A stretch of DNA of 64,000 bases from an uncultured Gemmatimonadales bacterium (GTDB lineage: Bacteria; Gemmatimonadota; Gemmatimonadetes; Gemmatimonadales; Gemmatimonadaceae), in assembly GCA_963851265.1 (NCBI GenBank), contig CAWKNZ010000002.1, positions 1,152,001 through 1,216,000 of the forward strand. The letters run 5' to 3'. The notes beneath the pieces were generated by a model that saw only the letters and a program-made list of their open reading frames with translations, searched no databases and had not been told where the DNA came from. Of this stretch, positions 36,988 through 50,163 are shown piece by piece (position 1 is the stretch's first letter; each line of letters begins with the position of its first letter). Both the position numbers and the translations under genes were made by a program.

Positions 36988-38811
36988 ATGACCGAGCTCG
37001 ACACCAACACCACCGAGGACGCGGCCATGTTCGCGTCCAACGGCTCCACGAACGGCTCCAACGGATTCGGCATGGGCAGCGGGCTCACGGCGCGCGAAAA
37101 GCGCGACCTGCAGCGCGCCCAACTGCGTCCGCTCGCGAACCGTCGCCCCGAGCTCTACGACGAGGACGAATACTCGTCGGACGAGTACGATGCGATGGTC
37201 GACATGTACAACGGCACGCTCGCGTCGATCGAAGAGGGCGAGATCGTCAAGTCGACGGTCCTCGAGATCCGCGACAACATGGTCGTCCTCGACATCGGCT
37301 TCAAATCCGAAGGGACGATCCCGCTCGAGGAGTTCAAGGACCTCCCCGACCTGAAGCCCGGCGATGAAGTCGAGGTGCTGCTCGAGCACCTCGAGGACAA
37401 CGAGGGCTCGGTGGTGCTGTCGAAGAAGAAGGCGGACTTCATGCGCGTGTGGGAGCGCATTCGGGTCGCCTACGAGACCGACCAGCCGGTGACCGGCACG
37501 CTGACCAAGAAGATCAAGGGCGGCGTCGTGGTCGACCTCATGGGCGTCGACGCGTTCCTCCCCGGCTCGCAGATCGCGCTGCGCCGCGTGCCGAACATCG
37601 ACGACCTGCTCGGCCAGACGTACGATTTCAAGATCATCAAGCTCAACAAGCGCCGCCGCAACATCGTGGTGAGCCGCCGCGTCATCCTCGAGCAGGAGCG
37701 GAGCGGCAAGCGCGAGAAGCTGATGAAGGAGCTGTCGAAGGATCAGATCCGGAAGGGCGTCGTCAAGAACATCACCGACTTCGGTGCGTTCATCGACCTC
37801 GGCGGGGTCGACGGCCTCCTCCACATCACGGACATGTCGTGGGGCCGCATCCAGCACCCGACCGAGATGGTGCAGATCGGCCAGGAGCTGGAGATCAAGG
37901 TCCTCGACATCGACTGGGATCGCGAGCGGATCTCGCTCGGCCTCAAGCAGCTCCAGTCGTATCCGTGGAAGGACGTGGCGGCCAAGTACCCGGTCGGCAC
38001 GCGTGTCCAGGGCCGCGTCGTCAGCATCACGAACTACGGCGCGTTCATCGAGCTCGAGCCCGGCATCGAGGGCCTGGTCCACATCTCCGAGATGAGCTGG
38101 ACGCGTAACGTCCGGCACCCGTCGAAGCTCGTCAGCATCGGCGAGAGCATCGAGGCGGTGGTGCTCAAGGTCGACCCGGACGAGGAGAAGATCTCGCTCG
38201 GGATGAAGCAGACCGAAACCGATCCGTGGACCGTGCTGCCGCTCAAGTACCCGGTCGGCACGCGCATCACCGGCAAGGTTCGCAACCTGACGTCGTTTGG
38301 CGCGTTCGTCGAGATCGAGCCCGGCATCGACGGCCTGATCCACATCTCCGACATGAGCTGGACCAAACGCGTCCAGCACCCGTCGGAGGTCGTGAAGAAG
38401 GGCGATACCGTCGACGTCGTGATCCTCAACATCGACAGCGAGAACAAGCGCATCTCGCTCGGCCTCAAGCAGGCCGAGGCGGATCCGTGGCTCACGATCG
38501 CGGAGACGCTCCCGGTCGGAACGGAACAGCGCTCGACTATCGTGCGTTTGATGGACAAGGGCGTCGTCGTCGACATGGGCGACAACCTCGAAGGCTTCGT
38601 CCCGCTCTCGCAGCTCAACATCACGGGCCGGATCGTGAGCAACCCGGCCGACGTCGCGTACGAGGGGATGTTCCTCGACACGCGCGTGATGGAGGTCGAT
38701 CCGATTCAGCGCCGCATCGTGCTCTCGGTGACCAACATCCCCGACGAGCAGCCGCCGCGCCCGGAGGCGCCGTCGGTCGTGCACTCGAGTGAAGAAGAAG
38801 GGATGCTATAA
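36988..38811 (+). CDS. rpsA: 30S ribosomal protein S1
   Basis: Six S1 repeats (DIGFKSEG, AFLPGSQ, FGAFIDLGGVDGLLHITDMSW, YGAFIELEPGIEGLVHISEMSW, RISLGLKQ). Confidence 0.97.
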   Translation: MTELDTNTTEDAAMFASNGSTNGSNGFGMGSGLTAREKRDLQRAQLRPLANRRPELYDEDEYSSDEYDAMVDMYNGTLASIEEGEIVKSTVLEIRDNMVVLDIGFKSEGTIPLEEFKDLPDLKPGDEVEVLLEHLEDNEGSVVLSKKKADFMRVWERIRVAYETDQPVTGTLTKKIKGGVVVDLMGVDAFLPGSQIALRRVPNIDDLLGQTYDFKIIKLNKRRRNIVVSRRVILEQERSGKREKLMKELSKDQIRKGVVKNITDFGAFIDLGGVDGLLHITDMSWGRIQHPTEMVQIGQELEIKVLDIDWDRERISLGLKQLQSYPWKDVAAKYPVGTRVQGRVVSITNYGAFIELEPGIEGLVHISEMSWTRNVRHPSKLVSIGESIEAVVLKVDPDEEKISLGMKQTETDPWTVLPLKYPVGTRITGKVRNLTSFGAFVEIEPGIDGLIHISDMSWTKRVQHPSEVVKKGDTVDVVILNIDSENKRISLGLKQAEADPWLTIAETLPVGTEQRSTIVRLMDKGVVVDMGDNLEGFVPLSQLNITGRIVSNPADVAYEGMFLDTRVMEVDPIQRRIVLSVTNIPDEQPPRPEAPSVVHSSEEEGML

Positions 38812-38937
38812 GGCGATTCGTCGCCCGTAGCACCACGCCGCCCGCGCCAGCCCCCGTGCTGTCGCGGGCGTCGTGCGTTCGACCACCCGCGCGCCGGCTA
38901 CCCGCCCCGGGAGCCCGCCGCTAGGTTGGCGCGCACG

Positions 38938-40490
38938 ATGTCCATGCGCGCGAAACTCGAAACGCTCGCCGCGCGCCGCGCGGCCTCCGAACTCGGCGGC
39001 GGCGCGGCCCGCCTCAAGGCCCAGCACGACAAGGGCAAGCTCTCCGCCCGCGAACGGCTCGACGTGCTGCTCGACGAGGGCACGTTCGTCGAGGTCGATC
39101 GTTTCGTCACCGCGCGCGCCGCGTCCGACGGCAACGGCGCCGACGGCCCCGTGTACGGCGACGGCGTGGTCACCGGCTCCGGCCGCATCGACGGGCGCCT
39201 CGTCTACGTGTTCTCGCAGGACTTCACCGTGTACGGCGGCTCGCTGGCCGAGGCCCACGCGCAGAAGATCTGCAAAATCATGGACCTCGCCGTGCGTAAC
39301 GGGGCCCCGGTCGTCGGCCTCAACGACTCGGGCGGCGCGCGCATCCAGGACGGCGTCGTCGCGTTAGGCGGGTACGCCGACATCTTCCTGCGCAACACGC
39401 TGGCGTCGGGAGTCGTGCCGCAAATCTCCGCCATCCTCGGCCCGTGCGCCGGCGGCGCGGTGTACTCGCCCGCGATCACCGACTTCATCTACATGGTGCG
39501 CGGCTCGAGCTACATGTTCGTGACCGGGCCGAACGTGGTGAAGACGGTCACGCACGAGGACGTGACGATGGAACAGCTCGGGGGCGCCGACACGCACGCG
39601 GCCACGTCGGGCGTCGCCCACTTCGCCCACGACTCCGAGCTCGCGTCGCTCGCGGCGATCCGCGAGCTGTTCCGGTACATCCCGAGCAACAATCTCGACG
39701 ACCCGCCGCGCGGGCGCGGCGCCGACCCGCGGGACCGCCGAGACGAAGCGCTGCTCGACGTCGTGCCCGACAATCCCAACCGCCCGTACGACATCCACGA
39801 CGTGATCCGCCGCGTGATCGACGACGGCGAGTTCTACGAGGTGCAGGCCGAGTACGCGGCGAACATCGTTTGCGGCTTCGCACACCTCGGCGCGCACTCC
39901 GTCGGGGTTGTCGCCAACCAGCCGGCGGTGCTCGCCGGCGTCCTCGATATCAACGCCTCGCTCAAGGCGGCGCGCTTCATCCGGTTCTGCGACGCGTTCA
40001 ACATCCCGATCGTCACCTTCGAGGACGTCCCCGGCTTCCTGCCCGGCGTCGCGCAGGAGCACGGCGGCATCATCAAGCACGGCGCGAAGCTGCTGTACGC
40101 CTACTGCGAGGCGACCGTGCCGAAGCTGACCGTCATCACGCGCAAGGCGTACGGCGGCGCGTACGACGTGATGAGTTCGAAGCACATCCGCGGTGACTTC
40201 AACGTCGCGTGGCCGACCGCCGAGATCGCGGTCATGGGGCCGAAGGGCGCGGTCGAGATCATCTACAAGCGCGAGATCGCCGAAGCCGACGACGCGGCTG
40301 CCGCGACCGACGCGCGCGTCGCCGAATACACCGAGCGGTTCGCCAATCCGTATGTCGCGGCCGCGCGCGGGTACGTCGACGACATCATCGACCCGCGCGA
40401 CACGCGCCCGCGACTCATCGAGGCGCTCGACGCGTTGCAGGGCAAGCGGGATCGCAACCCGGCCAAGAAGCACGGGAACCTGCCGCTCTG

Positions 40491-40491
<1 letters not shown>
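38938..40491 (+). CDS. pccB: Acyl-CoA (propionyl/methylmalonyl-CoA) carboxylase carboxyltransferase beta subunit
   Basis: [65 protein letters not shown]. Confidence 0.9.
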
Positions 40492-42037
<1,546 letters not shown>

Positions 42038-42041
<4 letters not shown>

Positions 42042-43405
42042 AGCGGGCTGGCGGTCAGCGGCGCGGGCATCCGCGCGGCCGCACGCGGCCGGTCGCGGCG
42101 GCACCGGGCGGCCCCGCCCGCGAACTGGAAGTCGACGCGATCGCCGCCGGTGGCGACGGCGTCGGGCGTCACGACGGACTCGTCGTATTCGTGCCGCGCA
42201 GCGCGCCCGGCGACATCGTGCGCGCGCGCTGGACGCCGTCCGGGCGCTTCGCACGGGGCGCGCTCGTCGACGTGGTGCGTCCATCCCCCGAACGCGTCGA
42301 GCCGGCGTGTGCGCACTACACCGACGATCGCTGCGGCGGCTGTCAGCTGCAGCACCTCGCGCTGTCGGCGCAGCACGCGGCCAAGCGCCGGCTCGTCGCC
42401 GACGCGCTCGCCCGTATCGGGCGACGCGACGTGGACGTCGCGCCCGTCGTCGCGAGCCCGCGGGCATGGCGGTACCGGCGCAAGCTCACGCTTGCGCTGC
42501 GCCGCGGCGTGGACGGCAGTTGGATCGCCGGACTACACCCGTATGACGCGCCAACGGCGGTTTTCCGACTCCGCGACTGTCCCATCACCGATGAGCGGGT
42601 CGTCGCCGTCTGGCGCGCCGTGCTCGCGACGGCCGCGCTGCTCCCGGGTGATGCCGCGGCGCTCCGTGGCGCCGTCCGGCTGCTCGATGACGCGTCGGTC
42701 CCCGATGGAGGGGCGAGCGCGACGTTCACGCTCGAGGGCGGAACACGCTGGGATCGCGCCGACGATTTCTTCGAGCGCGTTCCCGCGCTCGCGGGGCTCT
42801 GGTGGCGGCGCGAGGGCGGCGATAGACGGCTCCTGCACGCGCGCGGGCGGGCGGACGCCGGCGCGTCGTTCGCGCAGGTCAACGCGGGCGTCGCGCGCGT
42901 TCTGTACGCGGACGTGGTCGAGACGCTCCGGGATCTCCACCCGACGACGCTGGTCGACGCGTACGCGGGCACGGGCGACGTGGCACTCGCCCTCGCGCGT
43001 GAGGGCGTGCGCGTCACCGCGATCGAACTCGATCGCGACGCGGCCGCGCTCGCGGCGGAGCGTCTCGCGCCCTATGGTGGCCGCTCGATCCGGGCGAGTG
43101 TGGAACACGCGCTCGCCGGCGCGCTTCCGGCTTCCGCCGTGCTCGTGAATCCACCGCGCACCGGGCTCGACGCAGCGACGGCAGACACACTCGAACGCGC
43201 GGCGGGAGGCGCGTTCGGTCCGCCGCCCGAGGTGCTGCTGTACGTGAGCTGCAACCCGGCGACGCTCGCACGCGACCTCGCGCGCATGCCCTCGTACACG
43301 ATCCGGCGCGCGACGCCGTACGACATGTTCCCGCAAACCGCGCACGTCGAGACGCTCGTCGTGCTCGACCGCGCGGCGCGACCCATCACGGAGGAGTCGG
43401 CGTGA
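42038..43405 (+). CDS. RlmD/TrmA-family RNA (uracil-5)-methyltransferase with TRAM domain
   Basis: TRAM GDGVGRHDGLVVFV, Fe-S C..CGGCQLQH, SFAQVN, DAYAGTG, NPPRTG, YVSCNPATLARD, DMFPQTAHVE. Confidence 0.9.
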
Positions 43406-43902
43406 AGTACGTGGTCGAAATCGACGGACACCGCACCGAGGTCGAGATCGTCGGCGACGAGGTCCGCATCGAAGGGGAGACGGTGCGCGCCGCGCTTACC
43501 GAGGTGCGCGGCACACCCGTGAGCGTGCTCGTGGTCGGCGACGCCGTGCACCGGGTCATCGCGCGGCGCGGCGCCTCGCGCGGGAGCTACGAACTGACCA
43601 TCGACGGACGGAGCTACGCGGCCGACGCCGTCGACGAGCGCACGCGCGCGATCCGCGACCTGTCGGCCGCGAGCGCTGCGGCGGTCGGGCCCGCGCCGCT
43701 GGTCGCGCCGATGCCCGGCCTCGTCGTACGGGTCGACGTATCGCCCGGCGACGTCGTCGCGAGCGGGCAGGCGCTCGTGGTGATGGAGGCGATGAAGATG
43801 GAGAACGAGTTGCGCGCGCCGAGCGGCGGAACCGTGAAGCGCGTCGCGGTCGCGCCCGGTACCGCGGTCGAAAAAGGGACGGTGCTGGTCGAGCTCGATT
43901 GA
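43402..43902 (+). CDS. Biotin carboxyl carrier protein
   Basis: APMPGLV...MEAMKMENEL biotinylation motif. Confidence 0.92.
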   Translation: MKYVVEIDGHRTEVEIVGDEVRIEGETVRAALTEVRGTPVSVLVVGDAVHRVIARRGASRGSYELTIDGRSYAADAVDERTRAIRDLSAASAAAVGPAPLVAPMPGLVVRVDVSPGDVVASGQALVVMEAMKMENELRAPSGGTVKRVAVAPGTAVEKGTVLVELD

Positions 43903-43939
43903 GCGCGAGGCTCGCGGTCGAATCGGCGCTAGCCGTTCA

Positions 43940-43968
43940 TTGACAACGACTTACGTCCCCACTAGCAT
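43940..43968 (+). promoter_or_regulatory. Sigma70 promoter of rplM-rpsI
   Basis: TTGACA (43940-43945), 17-bp spacer, TAGCAT (43963-43968). Confidence 0.75.
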
Positions 43969-44067
43969 CCGAGACTGCGCGAAAACGCCTTCTGCACGGA
44001 CCGGAGGGCGGCCGAGACCCGGGTTGCGATACGCACCGGTGAGGCGCCGTCGTCCCAGAGACAGCAC

Positions 44068-44529
44068 ATGCGTTCCACCTACACCGCGACGCCAGCGGAC
44101 ATTGAGCCGCGCTGGTACGTCGTGGACGCCGAGGGCATGGTCCTCGGGCGTCTCGCTTCGGAGGTCGCCAAGATCCTCCGCGGCAAGCACAAGCCGATGT
44201 TCACGCCCCACATGGACACCGGCGACTTCGTGATCGTTGTCAACGCGAGCAAGGTGCGCGTGACGGGCCGCAAGGCGGAGCAGAAGACGTACTTCAAGCA
44301 CACCGGCTACATGGGTCACGACCGGCAGATCCCGTTCGCGACCATGATCGCCAAGCACCCCGAGCGCGTCATCGAGAAGGCGGTGTTCGGGATGCTGCCG
44401 AAGTCGTCGCTCGCCAAGCAGGAGATCCGCCGCAAGCTGCGTGTCTACGCCGGGGCCGAGCACCCGCACGTGGCGCAGCAGGCGACGCCGCTCACGTTCG
44501 ACGCACTCACCACCGCGGGGGCGAAGTAA
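44068..44529 (+). CDS. rplM: 50S ribosomal protein L13
   Basis: [45 protein letters not shown]. Confidence 0.97.
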   Translation: MRSTYTATPADIEPRWYVVDAEGMVLGRLASEVAKILRGKHKPMFTPHMDTGDFVIVVNASKVRVTGRKAEQKTYFKHTGYMGHDRQIPFATMIAKHPERVIEKAVFGMLPKSSLAKQEIRRKLRVYAGAEHPHVAQQATPLTFDALTTAGAK

Positions 44530-44530
44530 G

Positions 44531-44923
44531 ATGGCCGAAGGAACTCTGCACGCGATCGGCCGCCGCAAGGAAGCGGTGTGCCGCGTGTACATGACGCCGG
44601 GTTCGGGCAAGTGGGAGATCAACGGTCGCCAACTCGGCGACTACTTCCCGCGCCCGGTGCTCGTCAGCTCCATCCAGCTGCCGTTCGTCGCGACCGAGAA
44701 CCTCGGCAAGTACGACGTCAAGGCCAACCTCGACGGCGGCGGCCAGGCGGGTCAGGCCGGGGCCCTTCGTCTGGCCATCGCCCGCGCGCTCGTGATGACG
44801 GACGAGACGTACCGCCCGAAGCTGCGCGAACTCGGTCTGCTCACGCGCGACGCGCGCGCGGTCGAGCGCAAGAAGCCCGGCCGTCCCAAGGCCCGTAAGC
44901 GCTTCCAGTTCTCCAAGCGCTAG
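44531..44923 (+). CDS. rpsI: 30S ribosomal protein S9
   Basis: GRRKEAV, GGGQAGQAGALRLAIARAL, LTRDARAVERKKPG, FQFSKR. Confidence 0.97.
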   Translation: MAEGTLHAIGRRKEAVCRVYMTPGSGKWEINGRQLGDYFPRPVLVSSIQLPFVATENLGKYDVKANLDGGGQAGQAGALRLAIARALVMTDETYRPKLRELGLLTRDARAVERKKPGRPKARKRFQFSKR

Positions 44924-44941
44924 TCGCACCGGTCCACATCT

Positions 44942-45036
44942 CGCACGCCTCCCGAGCGCCGCGCGGGTGCCCGCCCCACGAGTCCGACTCCGGGGCGGGT
45001 CGCGCGGCGCCGCGACGGGGGCGGACGACCAACCCA
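44942..45036 (+). ncRNA. S2 ribosomal-protein leader (t44-like) of rpsB-tsf
   Basis: Directly upstream of rpsB. Outer stem CGCCTCCCG/CGGGGGCG, inner GCGCCGCGCG/CGCGCGGCGC, internal GGGTGCC (44965-44971) and downstream AACCC (45031-45035), as in the known S2 leader pseudoknot. Confidence 0.65.
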
Positions 45037-45054
45037 CGTTAGGCACACACCACC

Positions 45055-46116
45055 ATGGCCACGACCGTCACGCCCGACCAGCAGCAGTCCGAGGGCGGCG
45101 CCCAGCCGCCCCGCATGCTCGACCAACTCCTCGCCGCCGGCGTCCACTTCGGGCACCAGACGCGCCGGTGGAATCCCAAGATGCGCCGCTTCATCTTCGC
45201 GGAGCGCAACGGGATTCACATCATCGACCTGCAGAAGACCCTGCGCCAGCTCGACCTCGCGCGGCAGCTCGTCCGCGAGACCGTCGCGCGCGGGGAGCAG
45301 GTCCTGTTCGTCTGCACCAAGCGCCAGCTCGCCGCGATCGTCCAGAGCGAGGCGGAGCGCGCGGGTTCGTACTTCATCACCGAGCGCTGGCTCGGTGGGC
45401 TGCTGACGAACTTTTCCACGGCCAAGAAGCAGATCAAGAAGCTGAAGGAGCTCGAAGCCGGTTCGGAAGAGGGCGGCGACTTCGCGAACTACACGAAGAA
45501 GGAGCAGCTCATGATGACCCGTGAGCGCGACAAGCTCGCGAAGAATCTGTCGGGCATCAAGAACATGGGTCGTCTTCCGGGCCTGCTCTTCGTCGTCGAT
45601 TCCAAGAAGGAGCACATCGCCGTCGAGGAGGCTCGCAAGCTCGGCATCCCCGTCGTCGCGATCGTCGACACCAACGCGGATCCGGACCTCATCACGGTCC
45701 CGATCGCCGGAAACGACGATGCGATCCGCTCGGTCGAGCTGATCGCGCGCACGATCGCCGACACGATCGCCGAGGCGCGGCGCGAGGCCCCGCAGCGGCA
45801 GGAAACGGACGAGGCGCAGGACAGCTACACGTACTCGTCCGACCGCGGCAGCGAGCGTACGGACCGCGGCGGAGATCGCGGCGGCGACCGTGGGCCGCGT
45901 GGTGGCCAGGGCGGCGGCGAGGGCGGCGCGGGTGGCGCCGGCGGCCCCGGAGGCGGCGATCGCACGCGGCGTCCGCGTCGTCGTCGCGCCCGCCCGGACG
46001 CCATCGCCGCCGCGCGCCGGCCCGGTGCGCCCGGCGAGGGTGGCGAGGGTGGTGACCTGCCCGCCGAGGGTGGCGAAAGCCCGGTTCGCGACAGCACGAA
46101 CACCGGCGACGCCTGA
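45055..46116 (+). CDS. rpsB: 30S ribosomal protein S2 with long Gly/Arg-rich C-terminal tail
   Basis: [53 protein letters not shown]. Confidence 0.97.
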   Translation: MATTVTPDQQQSEGGAQPPRMLDQLLAAGVHFGHQTRRWNPKMRRFIFAERNGIHIIDLQKTLRQLDLARQLVRETVARGEQVLFVCTKRQLAAIVQSEAERAGSYFITERWLGGLLTNFSTAKKQIKKLKELEAGSEEGGDFANYTKKEQLMMTRERDKLAKNLSGIKNMGRLPGLLFVVDSKKEHIAVEEARKLGIPVVAIVDTNADPDLITVPIAGNDDAIRSVELIARTIADTIAEARREAPQRQETDEAQDSYTYSSDRGSERTDRGGDRGGDRGPRGGQGGGEGGAGGAGGPGGGDRTRRPRRRRARPDAIAAARRPGAPGEGGEGGDLPAEGGESPVRDSTNTGDA

Positions 46117-46268
46117 GCCGGCCACCCGTGAACCGCCGGCGCCCCCGGCGCCGCGCGACGGGCCGCCCGTCCTCGTTCCCCCGCTAGATTCGATGCGCCG
46201 CCGGCCCGTGCCGGCGGCGTTTCCACGACAGCCCCGCGTCGTCCGCGACGCGTTCGGAGATACATGAG

Positions 46269-47147
46269 ATGAGCACCGCCACCTTCACCGCGAAGGACGT
46301 CCAGGAGCTGCGCCAGCGCACCGGCGCGGGCATGATGGACTGCAAGAAGGCCCTGGAGGAAAACCAGGGAAACATGGAGGCCTCGGTCGACTACCTGCGC
46401 AAGAAAGGCATCGCGAAGGCCGAGAAGCGCGCCGGTAAGAGCACGAGCGAGGGCGTGGTCCGCGCCGAGATCGGGCAGAACGGGTCGACGGGTGTGCTCG
46501 TCGAGATCAACTGCGAGACCGACTTCGTCGCGCGGAACGAGGGGTTCCAGGCGATCGCGAAGACCGTCGCCGACCAGGCGCTCGCGACGTCGACCGCCAG
46601 TGACGCCAACGCACTCCTGAGTTCCACGATCGCCGGTGGCCAGTCGGTCGAGGAGTACGTCAAGGAGAGCTCGGCGAAGATGGGCGAGGCCGTGAACGTG
46701 CGTCGCGTGGCGCGCTTCGACGCGCCTAACGGCGTCGTCGGGTCGTACGTGCACTTCAACGGCAAGATTGGCGTGCTCGTCGAGGTAGAGGCAGCCAACG
46801 GGTCGAAGGACGAGGCCCTCACGACGCTTGCCCGCACGCTCGCCGAGCACGTGGCGGCTGCAGCGCCGGTCGGCGTCGATCGCGATACCGTCCCGGCCGA
46901 CGTCGTCGAGCGCGAGCGCGCGATCTTCATCGACCAGGTGCGCGCGAGCGGCAAGCCCGAAGCGATGATCGACAAGATCGTGACTGGCAAGGTCGAGGCC
47001 TACTACAAGGACGTCGCGCTCGTCCACCAGGCCTGGATCCGCGAGCCGAAGACGACGATCCAGCAGGTCGTCGATCAGGCCGCCAAGCAGGTCGGCGCGC
47101 CGGTCACCGTCAAGCGCTTCGCACGTTTTCAGCTCGGGCAGGAGTGA
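46269..47147 (+). CDS. tsf: Elongation factor Ts
   Basis: [48 protein letters not shown]. Confidence 0.97.
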   Translation: MSTATFTAKDVQELRQRTGAGMMDCKKALEENQGNMEASVDYLRKKGIAKAEKRAGKSTSEGVVRAEIGQNGSTGVLVEINCETDFVARNEGFQAIAKTVADQALATSTASDANALLSSTIAGGQSVEEYVKESSAKMGEAVNVRRVARFDAPNGVVGSYVHFNGKIGVLVEVEAANGSKDEALTTLARTLAEHVAAAAPVGVDRDTVPADVVERERAIFIDQVRASGKPEAMIDKIVTGKVEAYYKDVALVHQAWIREPKTTIQQVVDQAAKQVGAPVTVKRFARFQLGQE

Positions 47148-47154
47148 GCCGCGC

Positions 47155-47898
47155 GTGAGCGACCCGGACCAACGCGTCGCGTCGGTCTCGGCACTGCGTT
47201 ACCCGCGGGTCCTCCTCAAGCTGTCCGGGGAGGCGCTCGCGGGTGAGCGCGGGTTCGGGTTCGACTTCGACCGGCTGAGCTTTTTCGCCGAACAGATCGT
47301 GGACGTCGCCCGCGCGGGTGCCACCGTCGGCCTCGTGATCGGGGGCGGCAACATCGTACGCGGCGCGCAGCTCTCGCGGATGGGAATGGAGCGCGTCGGC
47401 GCCGATTACATGGGCATGCTCGGCACGGTGATCAACGCGCTCGCGCTACAGGACGCGCTCGAGAAGCGCGGCCTCGACACGCGCGTGATGACGGCGATCC
47501 GCATGGAGGAACTCGCCGAACCGTTCATCCGACGCCGGGCGCTGCGACACTTCGAGCAGGGGCGGATCGTCATCTTCGCGGCGGGTACCGGAAACCCGTA
47601 CTTCTCGACCGATACGGCCGCGGTGCTGCGCGCGATCCAGATTAAGGCGGACGTGATCGTGAAGGCGACGAGCGTCGACGGCGTGTACTCCGCCGACCCG
47701 AAGCTCGACCCGAACGCGACGCGCTACGACACGATCAGCTACCGTGACGTGATGCTCGGCGATCTGCGGGTGATGGATCAGACCGCGGTGACACTCTGCC
47801 GCGAGAACAATCTGCCACTCATCGTGCTCAACATCCACGACGCCGGCGCGGCGCTTCGAGCCGTGCGTGGCGAGAAGGTCGGAACCCTCGTGAGCTGA
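47155..47898 (+). CDS. pyrH: Uridylate kinase
   Basis: [52 protein letters not shown]. Confidence 0.97.
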   Translation: MSDPDQRVASVSALRYPRVLLKLSGEALAGERGFGFDFDRLSFFAEQIVDVARAGATVGLVIGGGNIVRGAQLSRMGMERVGADYMGMLGTVINALALQDALEKRGLDTRVMTAIRMEELAEPFIRRRALRHFEQGRIVIFAAGTGNPYFSTDTAAVLRAIQIKADVIVKATSVDGVYSADPKLDPNATRYDTISYRDVMLGDLRVMDQTAVTLCRENNLPLIVLNIHDAGAALRAVRGEKVGTLVS

Positions 47899-47903
47899 AC
47901 CGA

Positions 47904-48458
47904 ATGGCCACCATCAAGGACATCCTGCAGCAGGGCCGCACGGCGATGGAGAAGGGCGTCGACTCGGCCAAGCGCGAGTTCGCCACCGTGCGCGCTGGCA
48001 AGGCGAGCGCGAACATGCTCGACGCGATCCGGGTCGACGCGTACGGGTCCGAGCTGCCGCTCAACCAGGTCGCGTCGGTGAGCGCGCCCGAACCGCGACT
48101 CATCCTCGTGACGCCGTTCGATCGCGGGCAGGCGAAGGCGATCGAGAAGGCGATCCGGGACAGCGACCTCGGGCTCGAGCCGTCTAACATGAGCGGCGTG
48201 ATCCGCGTTCCGCTGCCGCAACTCAACGAGCAGCGCCGCAAGGAGCTGGTCAAGGTCGCGCACAAGTACGCCGAAGACGGACGCGTCGCCGTGCGTCACG
48301 CGCGTACCGAGGCGCGTGACCGCATCAAGAAGCTCGACGGCGTGTCCGAAGACGAGAAGTCCCGGGCCGAGAAGGAGCTGCAGAAGCTCACCGACGATCA
48401 CATCGCCAAGGTCGAGGCCCTTCTGAAGACGAAGGAAGCCGAGATCCTCGCCGTCTGA
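47904..48458 (+). CDS. frr: Ribosome recycling factor
   Basis: VRAGKAS, YGSELPLNQVASV, IEKAI, PQLNEQRRKELVK, KEAEIL. Confidence 0.96.
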   Translation: MATIKDILQQGRTAMEKGVDSAKREFATVRAGKASANMLDAIRVDAYGSELPLNQVASVSAPEPRLILVTPFDRGQAKAIEKAIRDSDLGLEPSNMSGVIRVPLPQLNEQRRKELVKVAHKYAEDGRVAVRHARTEARDRIKKLDGVSEDEKSRAEKELQKLTDDHIAKVEALLKTKEAEILAV

Positions 48459-48490
48459 TCGCGCCCACCCCCGCGTCCGCCCTGCGCGCC

Positions 48491-49246
48491 GTGGCCGCCG
48501 AGCCGTCCGTCGACGATCTGCTGGCGCGCGTGCGCTCGAGCGGCGACGTGCCGCGCCACGTCGCGGTGATCATGGACGGCAACGGCCGGTGGGCGCGTCA
48601 ACGCCTGCTGCCTCGACCGTTGGGCCACCGATCCGGCATGAAGTCCGTTCGCGACGTGGTCACGGGCGCGCTCGAGGCCGGAGTCGAGTTCCTGTCGCTC
48701 TACGCGTTCTCGCAGGAGAACTGGCAGCGGCCCGCGCCCGAGGTCGGCGCACTCATGTCGCTGCTGGAGGAGTACATCGCGCGCGAGGTTGACGAGTTGC
48801 GCGAGCGTGGGGTCCGCGTGCGCGTACTCGGCGACCTCGCGCGCCTCACGGGCGCGCCGGCGCGGGCCGTCGAGCGCGTGGTCGCGGAGACCGCGCACAA
48901 CCAGCGGCTCGTGCTCAACCTGTTCATCTCGTACGGGTCGCGCGCCGAACTGCTCGGCGCCATCCGAGCGATCGCCGACGACGTGGCCGCCGGCCGCGTC
49001 TCCGCCGCGGATTTGCGCGAGGAACACGTGTCCGAGCGTCTTTACACGGCCGGGATCCCTGACCCCGACCTGCTGATCCGCACGTCGGGTGAGCAGCGGC
49101 TGTCCAACTTCCTGCTGTGGCAGATCGCGTACACGGAGCTTTTCATCTCGCCCGTGCTGTGGCCCGACTTCGGGCGCCGCGAGCTGTTCGAGGCGATCAC
49201 CGCCTATCAGTCGCGCGAGCGGCGATTCGGGCGCGTCACGGCGTGA
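48491..49246 (+). CDS. uppS: Undecaprenyl diphosphate synthase
   Basis: HVAVIMDGNGRWA, YAFSQENWQRP, PDLLIRTSGEQRLSNFLLWQ, RERRFG. Confidence 0.96.
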   Translation: MAAEPSVDDLLARVRSSGDVPRHVAVIMDGNGRWARQRLLPRPLGHRSGMKSVRDVVTGALEAGVEFLSLYAFSQENWQRPAPEVGALMSLLEEYIAREVDELRERGVRVRVLGDLARLTGAPARAVERVVAETAHNQRLVLNLFISYGSRAELLGAIRAIADDVAAGRVSAADLREEHVSERLYTAGIPDPDLLIRTSGEQRLSNFLLWQIAYTELFISPVLWPDFGRRELFEAITAYQSRERRFGRVTA

Positions 49247-49299
49247 GCGCGCGCTCCTCGGGTGCGCGGTCGTGAGCGGGCGCGCGTGAGGCGGCGCCG

Positions 49300-50163
49300 G
49301 TGAGCGAACTCGCGCAACGCGTGGCGTCGGCCGTGGTCGCCGTCCCCGTCACGCTCGCCTGCGTGTGGTTCGGAGACGCACCGCTCGCGACGCTCCTCGC
49401 GGCGGCGGCCGCCGTTGGCGCATGGGAGTTCTACCGCATGGCCGACGCGGCGAGCGGCGCGCAATCGCTCTCGCGCACCGGGATCGTGCTCGCGGCGCTG
49501 GTTCCGATCCTCGTGCACGCGGCGGCGCGCGGACTCGGCCAGCCTCCGCTCGCTGCCGCCGTCGTCGTCGTGCTCGCCCTTCTCGCCGCCGCCATCTGGC
49601 GTCGCGGTGCCGACGGCCGTCCGCTCGTCGCCGTCGCGACGACCGTTCTCGGTGTTCTCTACGTCGGCGTGCCGCTCGCCTACGGCTACGCGCTCCGGAA
49701 CTTCGACTACGTCGTGGGGCGCGCGGCGGGAAGTGCGCTCGTGATGCTTCCCCTGCTGTGCACGTGGGCGAGCGACATCGGCGCGTACGCGGCCGGACGC
49801 ACGATCGGCGGCGCCAAGCTGATCCCGGCGGTGAGTCCTGGGAAGACGATCTCGGGCGCGGTCGGCGCCCTCGCGGCGTCGGCCGCGGTCGCGGCCGTGT
49901 ACGCGCCGAACGTGTTGCGGCCCGTCGCCAACCTGGGTTTCGCTCCGGGGCGGGCCATCCTATTCGGGCTGCTCGTGTCGATCGCCGCGCAGATCGGCGA
50001 CCTGGTCGAATCGCTGCTGAAGCGCGACGCCGGGGTCAAGGACTCGTCCCACCTGATTCCGGGACACGGGGGCGTGCTCGACCGCGTCGACTCGCTCCTC
50101 TTCGTGCTGCCCGCGAGTCACCTGCTGCTCGGGTGGCTGCTACTGCCGGCGTTCGGCGGGTGA
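49300..50163 (+). CDS. cdsA: Phosphatidate cytidylyltransferase
   Basis: Multi-TM protein with SDIGAY, SPGKT and GDLVESLLKRDAGVKDSSHLIPGHGGVLDRVDS. Confidence 0.95.
   Translation: MSELAQRVASAVVAVPVTLACVWFGDAPLATLLAAAAAVGAWEFYRMADAASGAQSLSRTGIVLAALVPILVHAAARGLGQPPLAAAVVVVLALLAAAIWRRGADGRPLVAVATTVLGVLYVGVPLAYGYALRNFDYVVGRAAGSALVMLPLLCTWASDIGAYAAGRTIGGAKLIPAVSPGKTISGAVGALAASAAVAAVYAPNVLRPVANLGFAPGRAILFGLLVSIAAQIGDLVESLLKRDAGVKDSSHLIPGHGGVLDRVDSLLFVLPASHLLLGWLLLPAFGG

Noticed and set aside
35965..38784. Long antisense ORFs (939 aa here; also 3014..5068, 13823..15733, 16812..18710, 6778..8325)
   Set aside because: Shadow frames of well-conserved + strand genes, expected in high-GC DNA; no recognisable motifs.
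43975..44067. Possible L13 leader RNA upstream of rplM
   Set aside because: Short hairpins and GACCCGG are present, but the similarity is too weak to call without a covariance model.
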